A DNA stretch of 64,000 nucleotides from Candidatus Ornithoclostridium excrementipullorum. Its GTDB lineage: Bacteria > Bacillota > Clostridia > Christensenellales > UBA3700. Below are positions 9,295-18,214 of the stretch, piece by piece (the stretch's first letter is position 1; the number at the start of each line of letters is the position of its first letter). The notes under the pieces were generated by a model, which saw only the letters and a list, made by a program, of their open reading frames with translations, was not told the DNA's origin and ran no database searches. Location: positions 15,380 through 79,379 of the forward strand of contig DVKK01000002.1 in assembly GCA_018716085.1 (NCBI GenBank), read 5' to 3'. A program made the position numbers and the translations under genes.

Positions 9295-9318
9295 AAAAAG
9301 GACGCCTCGCGGCGTCCC
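9295..9318 (-). terminator. Rho-independent terminator ending the 13-gene operon
   Basis: The reverse strand reads GGGACGCC-GCGA-GGCGTCC followed by TTTTTCGTT, 17 nt after the lipoprotein stop. Confidence 0.6.
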
Positions 9319-9335
9319 TTCTCGCTTTGTCATTT

Positions 9336-10640
9336 TCAGTCGAGCGAAGGCACCGCGATCGTTTCGTCGTCTTCGGGATATTCGATATCCATAACGATGT
9401 GCGTGCTGTCGAACACGTCGGCTTTGAGCACCAGAGTGGTGTCGACCGCATTGTTCTCGGTATAATACGGCATTATCACCTCGGTATAGAAGTCGATCTG
9501 TTCGAGCCTACCGTGTCTGTTGTTGTAATCGTAGGTATAACGCGCCGTGGTCATCGCGCCTATCGCGCTCCAATCATACGTTATGTCCTCGCCGTAATTG
9601 CTCCAATACGCGTTGCCTGCCGCAATATTGTCCGCTCTGGTCATGTGCAAACTGTCGTCGCGGTATGCGATCAGCTTGGTCTGCCAGTCCGCAAGCCACG
9701 CTTCGAGAGCGTCGAGATACGCGGGGATCGTCGTTCCCATAGCCGTCTGCCATCCCTCGGCGTCGTCCGCCGCGGGGATCTCGGGCGGCTGCGGATAATC
9801 CGCGGAAGGCTGTTCCTCGGGCAACGCGTAAACGGATCTGTACTGCGCCTGCATGACGTGCGTATATATCTTGTTCCCGTTGCTGAATCCGAGCAGGTCT
9901 TCGGAGGAGAAGCCGTCGTTCTTGACGCCGAAAGTTTCGAGCAGCGCCAGCCCGTCGGGTACTGACGCGGACTGTACGGTCTCGCCGTTGATACGGGTCT
10001 CGGTAACGCCGTTCTGCGTGCGTATCTCGGTGACGACCACGCCGTCTATCGCCGCCTTTACGGTCTGATATCTGTACTCGTTCGACTGAGATTCGGACGC
10101 CGCGGCTTCCAGTTCGGCAAGCTTTTCGGGATCGGAAAGCGCGTCGGTGAAATCCTCGTAGAAGTTTTCCCATACGGCGGGATACAGCGTATACTTGAAG
10201 TAGAAGTTATCCGAACCGTTCTGGACGTATTCGACCTCGGCATACTGATCGTACCAGCCGTTGCTCTCTCTGCCCAGCTCTTTCACGTTGCTCTGTCTTT
10301 CGGAATCTCTGCCGAACAGACCGTCGATGAAACTCTGATCTTCGTCGGCGAGAGCGTCCATCAGCGCGTTGTACATATTTTCGTACTGATCCCACCCCTT
10401 GGATTCGGAGGTGCCTCTCACCATCGCCGCGTTGAAATGTCTTTCGACCGTGAACGACGTCCTGAAATCGGCGCTGCCGAGATTTGCGTATATCTCGGAA
10501 TACTTATCGGCGAATTCCGTAACGCCTTCCTCGATCGACGCATAGAACTCCTCTTCGGTCTGGCTGCACGAAGCGAACGTGACCGCGAGTATGCATATCA
10601 TCACCGCTACGGCGGTTATCGCAATAAATCTCTTTTTCAT
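9336..10640 (-). CDS. Orphan lipoprotein, function unknown (last gene of the uronate operon)
   Basis: Track ORF 9336..10646. I prefer the ATG at 10638-10640 (MKKRFIAITAVAVMICILAVTFAS|C) because GGGGAGGA sits 7 nt upstream of it. Signal peptide and lipobox are present and the mature part is acidic. No family recognised. Confidence 0.7.
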   Translation of the reverse strand: MKKRFIAITAVAVMICILAVTFASCSQTEEEFYASIEEGVTEFADKYSEIYANLGSADFRTSFTVERHFNAAMVRGTSESKGWDQYENMYNALMDALADEDQSFIDGLFGRDSERQSNVKELGRESNGWYDQYAEVEYVQNGSDNFYFKYTLYPAVWENFYEDFTDALSDPEKLAELEAAASESQSNEYRYQTVKAAIDGVVVTEIRTQNGVTETRINGETVQSASVPDGLALLETFGVKNDGFSSEDLLGFSNGNKIYTHVMQAQYRSVYALPEEQPSADYPQPPEIPAADDAEGWQTAMGTTIPAYLDALEAWLADWQTKLIAYRDDSLHMTRADNIAAGNAYWSNYGEDITYDWSAIGAMTTARYTYDYNNRHGRLEQIDFYTEVIMPYYTENNAVDTTLVLKADVFDSTHIVMDIEYPEDDETIAVPSLD

Positions 10641-10642
10641 AT

Positions 10643-12265
10643 TCATTCCTCCCCGCCTATATGCACGGTCTCGGACGCCACGGCCTCCTTGACCTCGTTG
10701 ACTTCCTCCCCGTCGATCACGACTTTGCCGTCATCGGTGACGGGTACGGACTCGCCGTCCGCCTCTGCGGGGATACCGCCTTCGGCGGCGGATTTTTTCT
10801 CGTATTCCGCCTTTCTCTTATGCGCGAGCCTGACTTCGATCTCCGCCATCTTCTTGCCGGAGAGGTTGTAGAACAGCATCGGTACGATGGACACGAGGTT
10901 TGTTATCGCGGGTATGATCGTGAAGATCATGAATATGCCCATCTTGGTGAACTCGGTCTGCGCGGGCGTGTGGTCGTTGAGGAACGCCAGCGGCTGCGAG
11001 AACAGGAAGAACGCGAGCAGCCAGGACAGGAAATAATCCTTGAAGCCCGAAGACACCTTGCTGCGAAGGCTCATCAGCGAGAAAGTGATACCTTCCAGTC
11101 TTTCGCCCGTCTTGTCTTCCCAATAGTCGAGCGTATCGGTCGCCATAAGGTGCGGCACGACGTTGAGCACGCCGACCGGAAGCATCGCGAAGAACATCAG
11201 CGCCGCTATCAGGATGAAATTCGTACCGCCCATCAGATAGATGAAGAATATCAGCGCAAGCGCCGCGGAATGCCATATCGTCGCGAAAATGAACAGCTTC
11301 TTGGAATCCATCATGCGTTTGAGCTTGGGCGCGAACATCATACCGATCATGGACGCTATCGCTCCCGGAAGCGCAAACGCGATCTGCAGAGAGCCGTCGT
11401 TGTAGATATAAGCCACGACGTACATGATCGCCGCGCTCACCAGATTCCGGAAGAATGTCAGCAGGTTGGACAATATCAGCAGCAGGAACGGTTTGTTCTT
11501 GAACAGATATTTGAATCCTTCCAACAGGCTCGGCGTCGTTTCGGTAGGTTCGCATCTCTCCTTGACTCTCACACCGCCGAGCACCATGAACAGGGGGCCG
11601 AGTACGCCGATGACGATAGCGACCGCCATGTAGGTGTTGGTGTAGTCGTCGTTGCTTATCAACAGACCTATCGATATGAGCACGAGCGCGGACTGTTCGC
11701 CTATCGAGCCGAGGATACGGCTGACCGATATCATCTTGGATCTTTCGTCCATATTCGGCGAAGCGACCGCGGGGATACCGTCGAGCGGAACGCCCACTAT
11801 CGTACCCGTTATGTCATAGAGGATATACGTCACGTACATCCACGCTATCTTTCCTCCGCTGCTGAATCCGGTGACGGGCATGAACAGCAGTATCGTCACG
11901 ATAGCCCACGGTATCGCGCCGCCCACGAGGTACGGTCTCATTTTTCCCCAGCGGGTGCGCGTCTTATCGACTATCATACCCATGACGGGGTCGTTGAGTC
12001 CGTCGAATATCTTCGTGATGAGGAACATCACGCCGACGTCCGTCGCGGGTATACCCACGCATGCGGTATAGAAAAACAGAAGATAGCCCTGGACCAGACC
12101 CGTGACGGCGCTGCTTGCAAAACGGGCGAGCGCGAACAGTATGTAGTCCTTTTTGGTCAGGAACTTTTGGTTGATCAGCTTACTGTCTTCGGCGGCGGCG
12201 TTATCCGCTCCGCCTTCCGGCGTCAGCTGAGACAACTCTTGAGTGTTGTCGATCGTGTTTTCCAA
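10643..12265 (-). CDS. Glycoside-pentoside-hexuronide (GPH)/MFS cation symporter with an acidic C-terminal tail
   Basis: 540 aa with multiple transmembrane segments. The N-terminal pattern (KDYILFALARFASS..GLVQGYLLFFYT..D.VMGMIVDKTRTRWGKMRPY) is typical of MelB/YicJ/GusB-type GPH carriers. TTG start at 12263-12265 with GGGAGG 7 nt upstream. Confidence 0.85.
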   Translation of the reverse strand: MENTIDNTQELSQLTPEGGADNAAAEDSKLINQKFLTKKDYILFALARFASSAVTGLVQGYLLFFYTACVGIPATDVGVMFLITKIFDGLNDPVMGMIVDKTRTRWGKMRPYLVGGAIPWAIVTILLFMPVTGFSSGGKIAWMYVTYILYDITGTIVGVPLDGIPAVASPNMDERSKMISVSRILGSIGEQSALVLISIGLLISNDDYTNTYMAVAIVIGVLGPLFMVLGGVRVKERCEPTETTPSLLEGFKYLFKNKPFLLLILSNLLTFFRNLVSAAIMYVVAYIYNDGSLQIAFALPGAIASMIGMMFAPKLKRMMDSKKLFIFATIWHSAALALIFFIYLMGGTNFILIAALMFFAMLPVGVLNVVPHLMATDTLDYWEDKTGERLEGITFSLMSLRSKVSSGFKDYFLSWLLAFFLFSQPLAFLNDHTPAQTEFTKMGIFMIFTIIPAITNLVSIVPMLFYNLSGKKMAEIEVRLAHKRKAEYEKKSAAEGGIPAEADGESVPVTDDGKVVIDGEEVNEVKEAVASETVHIGGEE

Positions 12266-12318
12266 TTCATAACCTCCCGATCATCACATTCGTGATATCT
12301 GTATATAAATGACCGAAG

Positions 12319-14268
12319 TCATTTTTTCCTTGCGGTGAGCTGCTTTTCGAAGAACTTTCCGTCGGGATAGCTCATTACGAAAGCGCCCGTGCTGCTCCAT
12401 GCCTGCAACAGAGAGCCCTGTTTGTGGACCGGCGAGAAGAACTCTACCGGCGTGTAATTGCCCTGTTCGAGATTGTATTCGAACCATCTGGTCAGCGGAT
12501 ATACGTGATCCATGCCGTAAGCGAGCTTCGCATACGCGTATATGCACGACAGATAGGGCCAGTCTCCCCCGTTATGGTAGTAGTACGGCAACGACGACTT
12601 CTGCACTATATCGGTCGCCCTCTTATAGAAAGGATAGACGCACAGCGTGCCGAAATCCCCCGCTATCTGCTCTTTGTTTTTGTCTGATTCCAGATATTTC
12701 TCCATAGCGGAGAGCACGGATACGGCTCTCTCTTGCGAACACAGCCCGAACAGTATTACGGGGACGGTATCTATGGACAGATTGTCCTCGACGAAACCTT
12801 CGTCCTTGTAGTTGACGAACCAACCTTTTTCCTCGTCCCACAGCAGATCGTTGATCGCTTTTTTCACTTTGAGGTATCTCGAATAATACGCGTCGCCGCC
12901 GCCCGTTGCCGCGGCGTCGCACAGCTCCGCCATCGCAAACAGCGCGCGTGCGTACAGAGCTTCGTCGTATGTCACGTATTTGCCTCGGAACACGTTGTCG
13001 CACCAGTCGCGGCGGTTGAACTCTCCGCCCTTGACCAGCAGTCCCGTGCTATCCGTTTCTTCTCTCAGCCTGTCCAGGACGAGGCGGGCGGCTTCGATCA
13101 CCGTTCCGCAGGGGCATTCTTCGGTCAGAATGCTCTTGTCGCCCGTCTGCCTCACGTAATCGTACAGCATGATCACGAAAAACGACGGCGAATCGTAATG
13201 ATTGCCCCAATAGTTGCGGAAATTGAACTTGACCGCCGAAGGACATTCTCCTTTTTTGTTGATGCCGCACGCAAGCGTGACTATCTCGTTGCGTACGAGA
13301 TCGGGCCGCACGGGCAGCACCGACAGCACGGTCCAATAACCGTCGCGGTAATACGTACGCGCCGGAAACTGATAAACTATGCCCGCCAGAAAGCCCTTGA
13401 AACGGTTGAGCTCCTTGTAATTGGATAGGGAACAGTTGAGCAGCGACTTGTAGTAAGCCTGCGCGAAATCCTCCCCCTTGACCTCGGCGACCTTACTTCC
13501 CTCGGGGCATACGAGCGACGCGATATAGTCTTCCGCATTCTTCTTCGCGGCGTCGAAATTGCGAAAAGCTTCGTTGACGTCGCAGAAAGTATAGTCGTTG
13601 CGCGTACCCGCGCTGACTACGTAACGGAAAGTCTTCACCTCTCCTTCGTTCAGCCTAGCGCCGTATGAGAACTGATTGTGGAAGCCTCTCTCCGCCTCCA
13701 GAGCTCTCGCTCCTTCGCTTATGGCGAAGTCGAGATAGAAATCGCCCAACACGTCGCCGTGCAATATCCAATGCCCGTCCACATAGGTGAGCCCGTTCTT
13801 CTTGCTCTTTACGAAGCCCGCCAACACCGTCGCGATGGTCTTTGCGCTCAGACGGTTGGCAAGCAGCTGCTGAACGTAAGATTCGTAGTTTATACCGAAG
13901 TTGACGGTATTTTCGAACGATATCGGCTGCTTTGCCTCGACCTCGGTCTCTACGTAGATCGCGTTGCTCGTATCGTCGAGGAACTGCGTTATCGTGACGG
14001 AGCATTTGGCGTGATCTATACGGACGATCTGCCTTTTGCCTATCATGGATATCTTCGTGGGCTCGGAATAGTCCATCGGGATCCCGTCCACGGAATACAT
14101 CGAATAATAATTCGTGAACACGGAAAACTTGTTCATTACGGCATACTTGGAGATCGCTCCCCTGCCGTCGAACTGCGCGGTGATCCTGTTGTTGCTCACG
14201 TCGTAATACGCAGTGTCGGCAAGTCTGCCCTCGACGGCTATCGCTCCGTTTTCGAAATAACGCTTCAT
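12319..14268 (-). CDS. (alpha/alpha)6-barrel glycoside-hydrolase-like protein (GDE_C / GH63 / GH15-like fold), specificity unknown
   Basis: 649 aa. The C-terminal half has RDGYW, DSPSFF, RRDWCDN and YHNGGDWPYL blocks resembling amylo-alpha-1,6-glucosidase/GH63-type six-hairpin enzymes. The N-terminal ~280 aa probably form a beta-sandwich. Family assignment is from memory only. Confidence 0.55.
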   Translation of the reverse strand: MKRYFENGAIAVEGRLADTAYYDVSNNRITAQFDGRGAISKYAVMNKFSVFTNYYSMYSVDGIPMDYSEPTKISMIGKRQIVRIDHAKCSVTITQFLDDTSNAIYVETEVEAKQPISFENTVNFGINYESYVQQLLANRLSAKTIATVLAGFVKSKKNGLTYVDGHWILHGDVLGDFYLDFAISEGARALEAERGFHNQFSYGARLNEGEVKTFRYVVSAGTRNDYTFCDVNEAFRNFDAAKKNAEDYIASLVCPEGSKVAEVKGEDFAQAYYKSLLNCSLSNYKELNRFKGFLAGIVYQFPARTYYRDGYWTVLSVLPVRPDLVRNEIVTLACGINKKGECPSAVKFNFRNYWGNHYDSPSFFVIMLYDYVRQTGDKSILTEECPCGTVIEAARLVLDRLREETDSTGLLVKGGEFNRRDWCDNVFRGKYVTYDEALYARALFAMAELCDAAATGGGDAYYSRYLKVKKAINDLLWDEEKGWFVNYKDEGFVEDNLSIDTVPVILFGLCSQERAVSVLSAMEKYLESDKNKEQIAGDFGTLCVYPFYKRATDIVQKSSLPYYYHNGGDWPYLSCIYAYAKLAYGMDHVYPLTRWFEYNLEQGNYTPVEFFSPVHKQGSLLQAWSSTGAFVMSYPDGKFFEKQLTARKK

Positions 14269-15437
14269 GCCTTTTTCGCTCCGTCCTGTTTTTCTTCGGC
14301 TATCCTATTTTCGAGCTCTTCGATATACAGCTCCTCGTCGATGGGATAGACGACTTCCTTACCCGTCCAACCGGACAGGTGTATCGCGTTGGAGAAAGTG
14401 AGACCGTTCAGACCGTCCGCGTAAGGCGCGATGAGTTTGCTCTCTTTTCCGAGCACGACGTGCGAGAAATTGCGGATCACGTTGATGTGCTGCTGTTCGA
14501 TCGCGCCCTTGATCATATCGAAAAGACCGAGCTTGTACTTGTACGTCTTGTTCGGGATCTTACCCATGAATACCTTGTTCTCGGCGGAAAACTTCGGCTC
14601 GGGCGTAGCGTTCTCGACGAAAGTGAGCTTCATCGTTATATCGCTGTTTCCCTCTATTATGAGTTTGCCTCCGTCGCCCGTTATCTCAAGACGGTTGGTG
14701 CCCGGCGCGTCGTGAGTGGACGTAATGAAAACGCCTTCCGCGCCGCCTTCGAATTCGCAGACCGCGGTGACATCGTTTTCCACGTTTATCTTTCTTCCGA
14801 CAGTCTTGCATACGCTCCATACCCTCTTTACGGGTCTGCCCGCAAGCCATGTGAAAAGATCGAGCTGATGCGGATCCTGATTGATCAGCACTCCGCCGCC
14901 TTCTCCCGCCCAGGTGCCTCTCCATCCGCCCTGGTCGTAATACGCCTGCGGTCTGTACCAGTTGGTTATTATCCAGACGATACGTTTGAGCTGTCCCAAT
15001 CTTCCGGAGTCTATGATCTCCTTGGCCTTTACGTATACCTTGTTTGTGCGCTGATTGTACAGTATGCCGAATTTGAGTTCGGGCTTGGTCGCGCCGAATT
15101 CCGCCGCTTCGCGGACCGCCTTGGTATATACCCCCGCGGGCTTGTCGCACAGCACGTGCAGTCCCGCGGACAGAGCCTCCTTCGCTATTCCCGGATGCGC
15201 GTAATGCGGAGTGTCGATTATCACCGCGTCGATGAGCCCGCTCGCGAACATATCCGCGCGGTCGGAGAATACCTTTACGCCTTCGAGATTGCTCTCCGCC
15301 CACTTTCTGCGCCCCTCGTCGATATCGCACACCGCGGTGAGCACGCCGTTTTTGTCCATGCCCTTTTTGAGCCTTTTGGCGTAGTTGCTGCCCTGTTTGC
15401 CTATGCCGACTATTCCGTACCTTACCTTGTCCATCAC
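14265..15437 (-). CDS. Gfo/Idh/MocA family NAD(P)-dependent oxidoreductase (copy 1)
   Basis: 390 aa. Rossmann start YGIVGIGKQG, then EKP-type LCDKP and the NQRTN...WYRPQAYYD..WRGTW.GEGGG.LINQ.PHQLDL block. ATGA overlaps on both sides. Confidence 0.85.
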   Translation of the reverse strand: MMDKVRYGIVGIGKQGSNYAKRLKKGMDKNGVLTAVCDIDEGRRKWAESNLEGVKVFSDRADMFASGLIDAVIIDTPHYAHPGIAKEALSAGLHVLCDKPAGVYTKAVREAAEFGATKPELKFGILYNQRTNKVYVKAKEIIDSGRLGQLKRIVWIITNWYRPQAYYDQGGWRGTWAGEGGGVLINQDPHQLDLFTWLAGRPVKRVWSVCKTVGRKINVENDVTAVCEFEGGAEGVFITSTHDAPGTNRLEITGDGGKLIIEGNSDITMKLTFVENATPEPKFSAENKVFMGKIPNKTYKYKLGLFDMIKGAIEQQHINVIRNFSHVVLGKESKLIAPYADGLNGLTFSNAIHLSGWTGKEVVYPIDEELYIEELENRIAEEKQDGAKKA

Positions 15438-16381
15438 GCGTTCTCCTTTTCGACTTGTTCTATGATATCTTTAAGTCCGCGGTACTGCCAGGTGAAAATG
15501 TCCTTGCGCGAAACTTTCTGCATCGGAGCTATGCCCTTCGCCGCGTCTATGCGCTTGAATATCTTGTTCCAGCTGCCGACGTAAGGGAGCATCCACGTAA
15601 ACCATCCGAATACGTGGAACAGCACTTTGTGATCGGCGTATTTGCCCGTATGCGGTTCAAGCGTCATGAATCCGTCGTAATGTCTGTTGACGATAAGGTC
15701 GCGGAGCATCTCCTTGTAGCCGCCCAGGCCCAGACCGACGGGCACTTCCACCTTCTCGGGCGAGCAGTCCTTGATGTGGTAATAGACGACGTAATCTTTG
15801 AGCATCTGATACGCTTTGGGGGCGTTGACTCCGCATTGGATAAAGTTGGACGCGTCGTACGCCAGTTTGAACTGCGGATCGTTCATCTCCGTATAGAGTT
15901 GCAGACATCTCTCGGGCGTGTCCCCGTAGATCCTCTTTTCGTTTTCGTGAAGGAGTATCACGTCCGTTCCCTTTACCTTATCGAGGAAACCGCGCAGTTT
16001 TTTCACGACTTCGGGGAAATATTTTCCGTAATCCCCGCCCTGCTTGACTCTGAACGAAAACATCCTTATGTATTTGCAGTCCGTGAGCTTGCAGATCTTG
16101 ACCAGTTCTTCCAGTTTCGCAAGCTGCGCCTCGTACGCGGCGTCGTCGTACAGTCCTATCTTGCCGATCGGGGAGCCTATCGAAGAAAACTTTATCCCCG
16201 CGGCGTCCAGCCTGGGCTTTATGTTCGCCGCGAATTCCTCCGCCGTATAGTCGGCGATATTCTTGCCGTCCACCACACGGGGACACATATAGCTCTCGCC
16301 GAATTCTTTTATCAGCGCGATCTGATCGTCCAGTTTCGAGCTGACCTCGTCGTAAAATCCGGATATCTTTATTTCGGACAT
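15434..16381 (-). CDS. Sugar phosphate isomerase/epimerase (xylose-isomerase-like TIM barrel)
   Basis: Track ORF 15434..16390 (GTG) trimmed to the ATG at 16379-16381, which has GGAGAGGTGGAG upstream. The sequence shows the AP-endonuclease-2/xylose-isomerase-like pattern (..LLHENE.., ..YYHIKD.., ..LEPH..). Confidence 0.8.
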   Translation of the reverse strand: MSEIKISGFYDEVSSKLDDQIALIKEFGESYMCPRVVDGKNIADYTAEEFAANIKPRLDAAGIKFSSIGSPIGKIGLYDDAAYEAQLAKLEELVKICKLTDCKYIRMFSFRVKQGGDYGKYFPEVVKKLRGFLDKVKGTDVILLHENEKRIYGDTPERCLQLYTEMNDPQFKLAYDASNFIQCGVNAPKAYQMLKDYVVYYHIKDCSPEKVEVPVGLGLGGYKEMLRDLIVNRHYDGFMTLEPHTGKYADHKVLFHVFGWFTWMLPYVGSWNKIFKRIDAAKGIAPMQKVSRKDIFTWQYRGLKDIIEQVEKENA

Positions 16382-16399
16382 TTTCTCCACCTCTCCGCT

Positions 16400-17548
16400 T
16401 TATTTTCCGGTATGCCTACCGTTTGTTTCCTCTTCTATCTTCCCGCGCAGCATTGCCGAATACTCGGCTCCGTCGACGGGGAGAGCGACCTCGGCGCGCT
16501 TCCACGCCGACATATTCATCGCGTTGATCAGTTCGAGCGCGTATATCCCCTCTTCTCCGCGGGCTACCAGTACCGACGGATCGCGTCCGTTGACCGCCTC
16601 GGCGAAACGCTCCAACACCCTGCATTGCTGCCCGAAACGCCAGTCGTAAAGATAATTGCCTATCCCGTAGAATTTGCGTTCGGTACGGTATTTTTTATCC
16701 TCTTTGTTGCCGTAATCGCGCCGCGACCTGCCGTTTATCTCGCTCTCGTCCATGCGCAGCAGTTTCACGGTCATCGACTTTTTGTTCACCGTGAGGCTGC
16801 CCTTGGAACCTGCGATCTCGAGCCTGTTCACCCCCGGGATCTCGTGAGTGGACGCGCGGAACACACAGTCGAAATCTCCGTAATTCATGACGGCGGTGAC
16901 GTCGTTTTCGGTCGTGATGTTTCTGCCCTCGGTCCTGCTCCTGCACAGTACGGACCCGGGCATACCGAGTATCCACTGCAACAGATCGAGCTGATGCACG
17001 CATTGATTGATGAGCGTGCCTCCGCCCTCTCCCGACCAACTGGCGCGCCAATCGTTCATATCGTAGTAAAACTGCGATCGGTACCAATCGGTAACGGTAA
17101 AATCGGCTCGCTGTATTTTGCCCAATCTCCCGCTTCCGACGAGTTCTCGCGCATAGGCGTACATCGGATTGGTCCTTTGATTGTACATTATCGCAAAGAT
17201 CGCGTCGCTGTGTCTGCCGGCGACCTCGATAAGTCTTCTCGCGGCGTCGGCTTCCACGGCGATCGGCTTTTCGACCAGAACGTGTATCCCGTGTTCCAAG
17301 GCAAACGCGCATATCTCTTCGTGAGAATAATGCGGCGTTGCGACGACCACGGCCTCCGCCGCTCCGTCCTCTATCAGCTTGCGATAGTCGGAATATCCTT
17401 TTACTCCGTATTTCTCCGCGGCGGCGCGCGTCACGTTCGCGTCGAGGTCGCATACCGCCGTAAGCTCCGCGCCCTTTACCGCGCCGGAAGCGAGATTGTC
17501 GGCATGTCTGCCGCCCATTCTTCCTATGCCTATGACCGCCGTCTTCAT
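16400..17548 (-). CDS. Gfo/Idh/MocA family oxidoreductase (copy 2, paralogue of copy 1)
   Basis: Track ORF 16400..17701 trimmed to MKTAVIGIGRMGGRH (ATG 17546-17548, ATGA overlap with the upstream stop). It shares the NQRTN..WYRSQFYYD..WRASWSGEGGGTLINQCVHQLDL block with copy 1. Confidence 0.85.
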   Translation of the reverse strand: MKTAVIGIGRMGGRHADNLASGAVKGAELTAVCDLDANVTRAAAEKYGVKGYSDYRKLIEDGAAEAVVVATPHYSHEEICAFALEHGIHVLVEKPIAVEADAARRLIEVAGRHSDAIFAIMYNQRTNPMYAYARELVGSGRLGKIQRADFTVTDWYRSQFYYDMNDWRASWSGEGGGTLINQCVHQLDLLQWILGMPGSVLCRSRTEGRNITTENDVTAVMNYGDFDCVFRASTHEIPGVNRLEIAGSKGSLTVNKKSMTVKLLRMDESEINGRSRRDYGNKEDKKYRTERKFYGIGNYLYDWRFGQQCRVLERFAEAVNGRDPSVLVARGEEGIYALELINAMNMSAWKRAEVALPVDGAEYSAMLRGKIEEETNGRHTGK

Positions 17549-18192
17549 ATCTTCTCTCCGCCGCCGTGTCTGAACCTTATCGCAGACGCGACTATCGGGA
17601 TGTTGGTCGTCACGTTGGCGACCTCCCAATCGAGGAACCTCGTAAGCTGCTTGTATGTGTCCACCGTGAACACCGACAGCTTTACGCCGTGTTCCCTGCA
17701 CGCGGCGAGAAAATCGTCGCTTGCCTTATGCTTGTTTATATTCAGTCCCGCAAAGTGCGGGTTGCCCGTCTCTTCGAGTTTTTGTTTGATCTTCTCTACG
17801 TTCTTCGCCTTGTAAGGCAGTCCCTTGATCCTGTTGAGCCACGCCTGTCCGCAGGTCAGTTCGGCGCTGTCTTCCAACCGCACCGCACCTGTGAATATCA
17901 GACTGTCTTCCGCGCCGAGGCTTTGCGCGAGTTCGATGACTTCACGGACAAGTCCCCGCATTTTCAGATCGCAGTTGATCTTCATCCCCTTGTTTTTCAC
18001 GAGCATGAACGCCTCTGCGAGGGTTATTTTCCTGCGGTACAGGAACAACGAAGGCAAGTGGCTCAGGTACAGCACGCCTCCGCGCTTGTACACGTCCACT
18101 TCTATGGCGTCGGCATTGTATGCGCTCACGTTGTCGAAATACATGCGCGAGTTCCTGCCTGTCCCGAGTGCCCCTCCGTGCGCCGTTATCAT
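17545..18192 (-). CDS. Glycerophosphodiester phosphodiesterase (GDPD)-like protein
   Basis: 215 aa. The N-terminus MITAHGGALGTGRNS...AIEVDV fits the GDPD/PI-PLC-X-like AHRG..ENT...E.DV pattern. GGAGG RBS present. Confidence 0.6.
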   Translation of the reverse strand: MITAHGGALGTGRNSRMYFDNVSAYNADAIEVDVYKRGGVLYLSHLPSLFLYRRKITLAEAFMLVKNKGMKINCDLKMRGLVREVIELAQSLGAEDSLIFTGAVRLEDSAELTCGQAWLNRIKGLPYKAKNVEKIKQKLEETGNPHFAGLNINKHKASDDFLAACREHGVKLSVFTVDTYKQLTRFLDWEVANVTTNIPIVASAIRFRHGGGEKI

Positions 18193-18214
18193 TTTACCTC
18201 CGCAGCCGTAGCTC

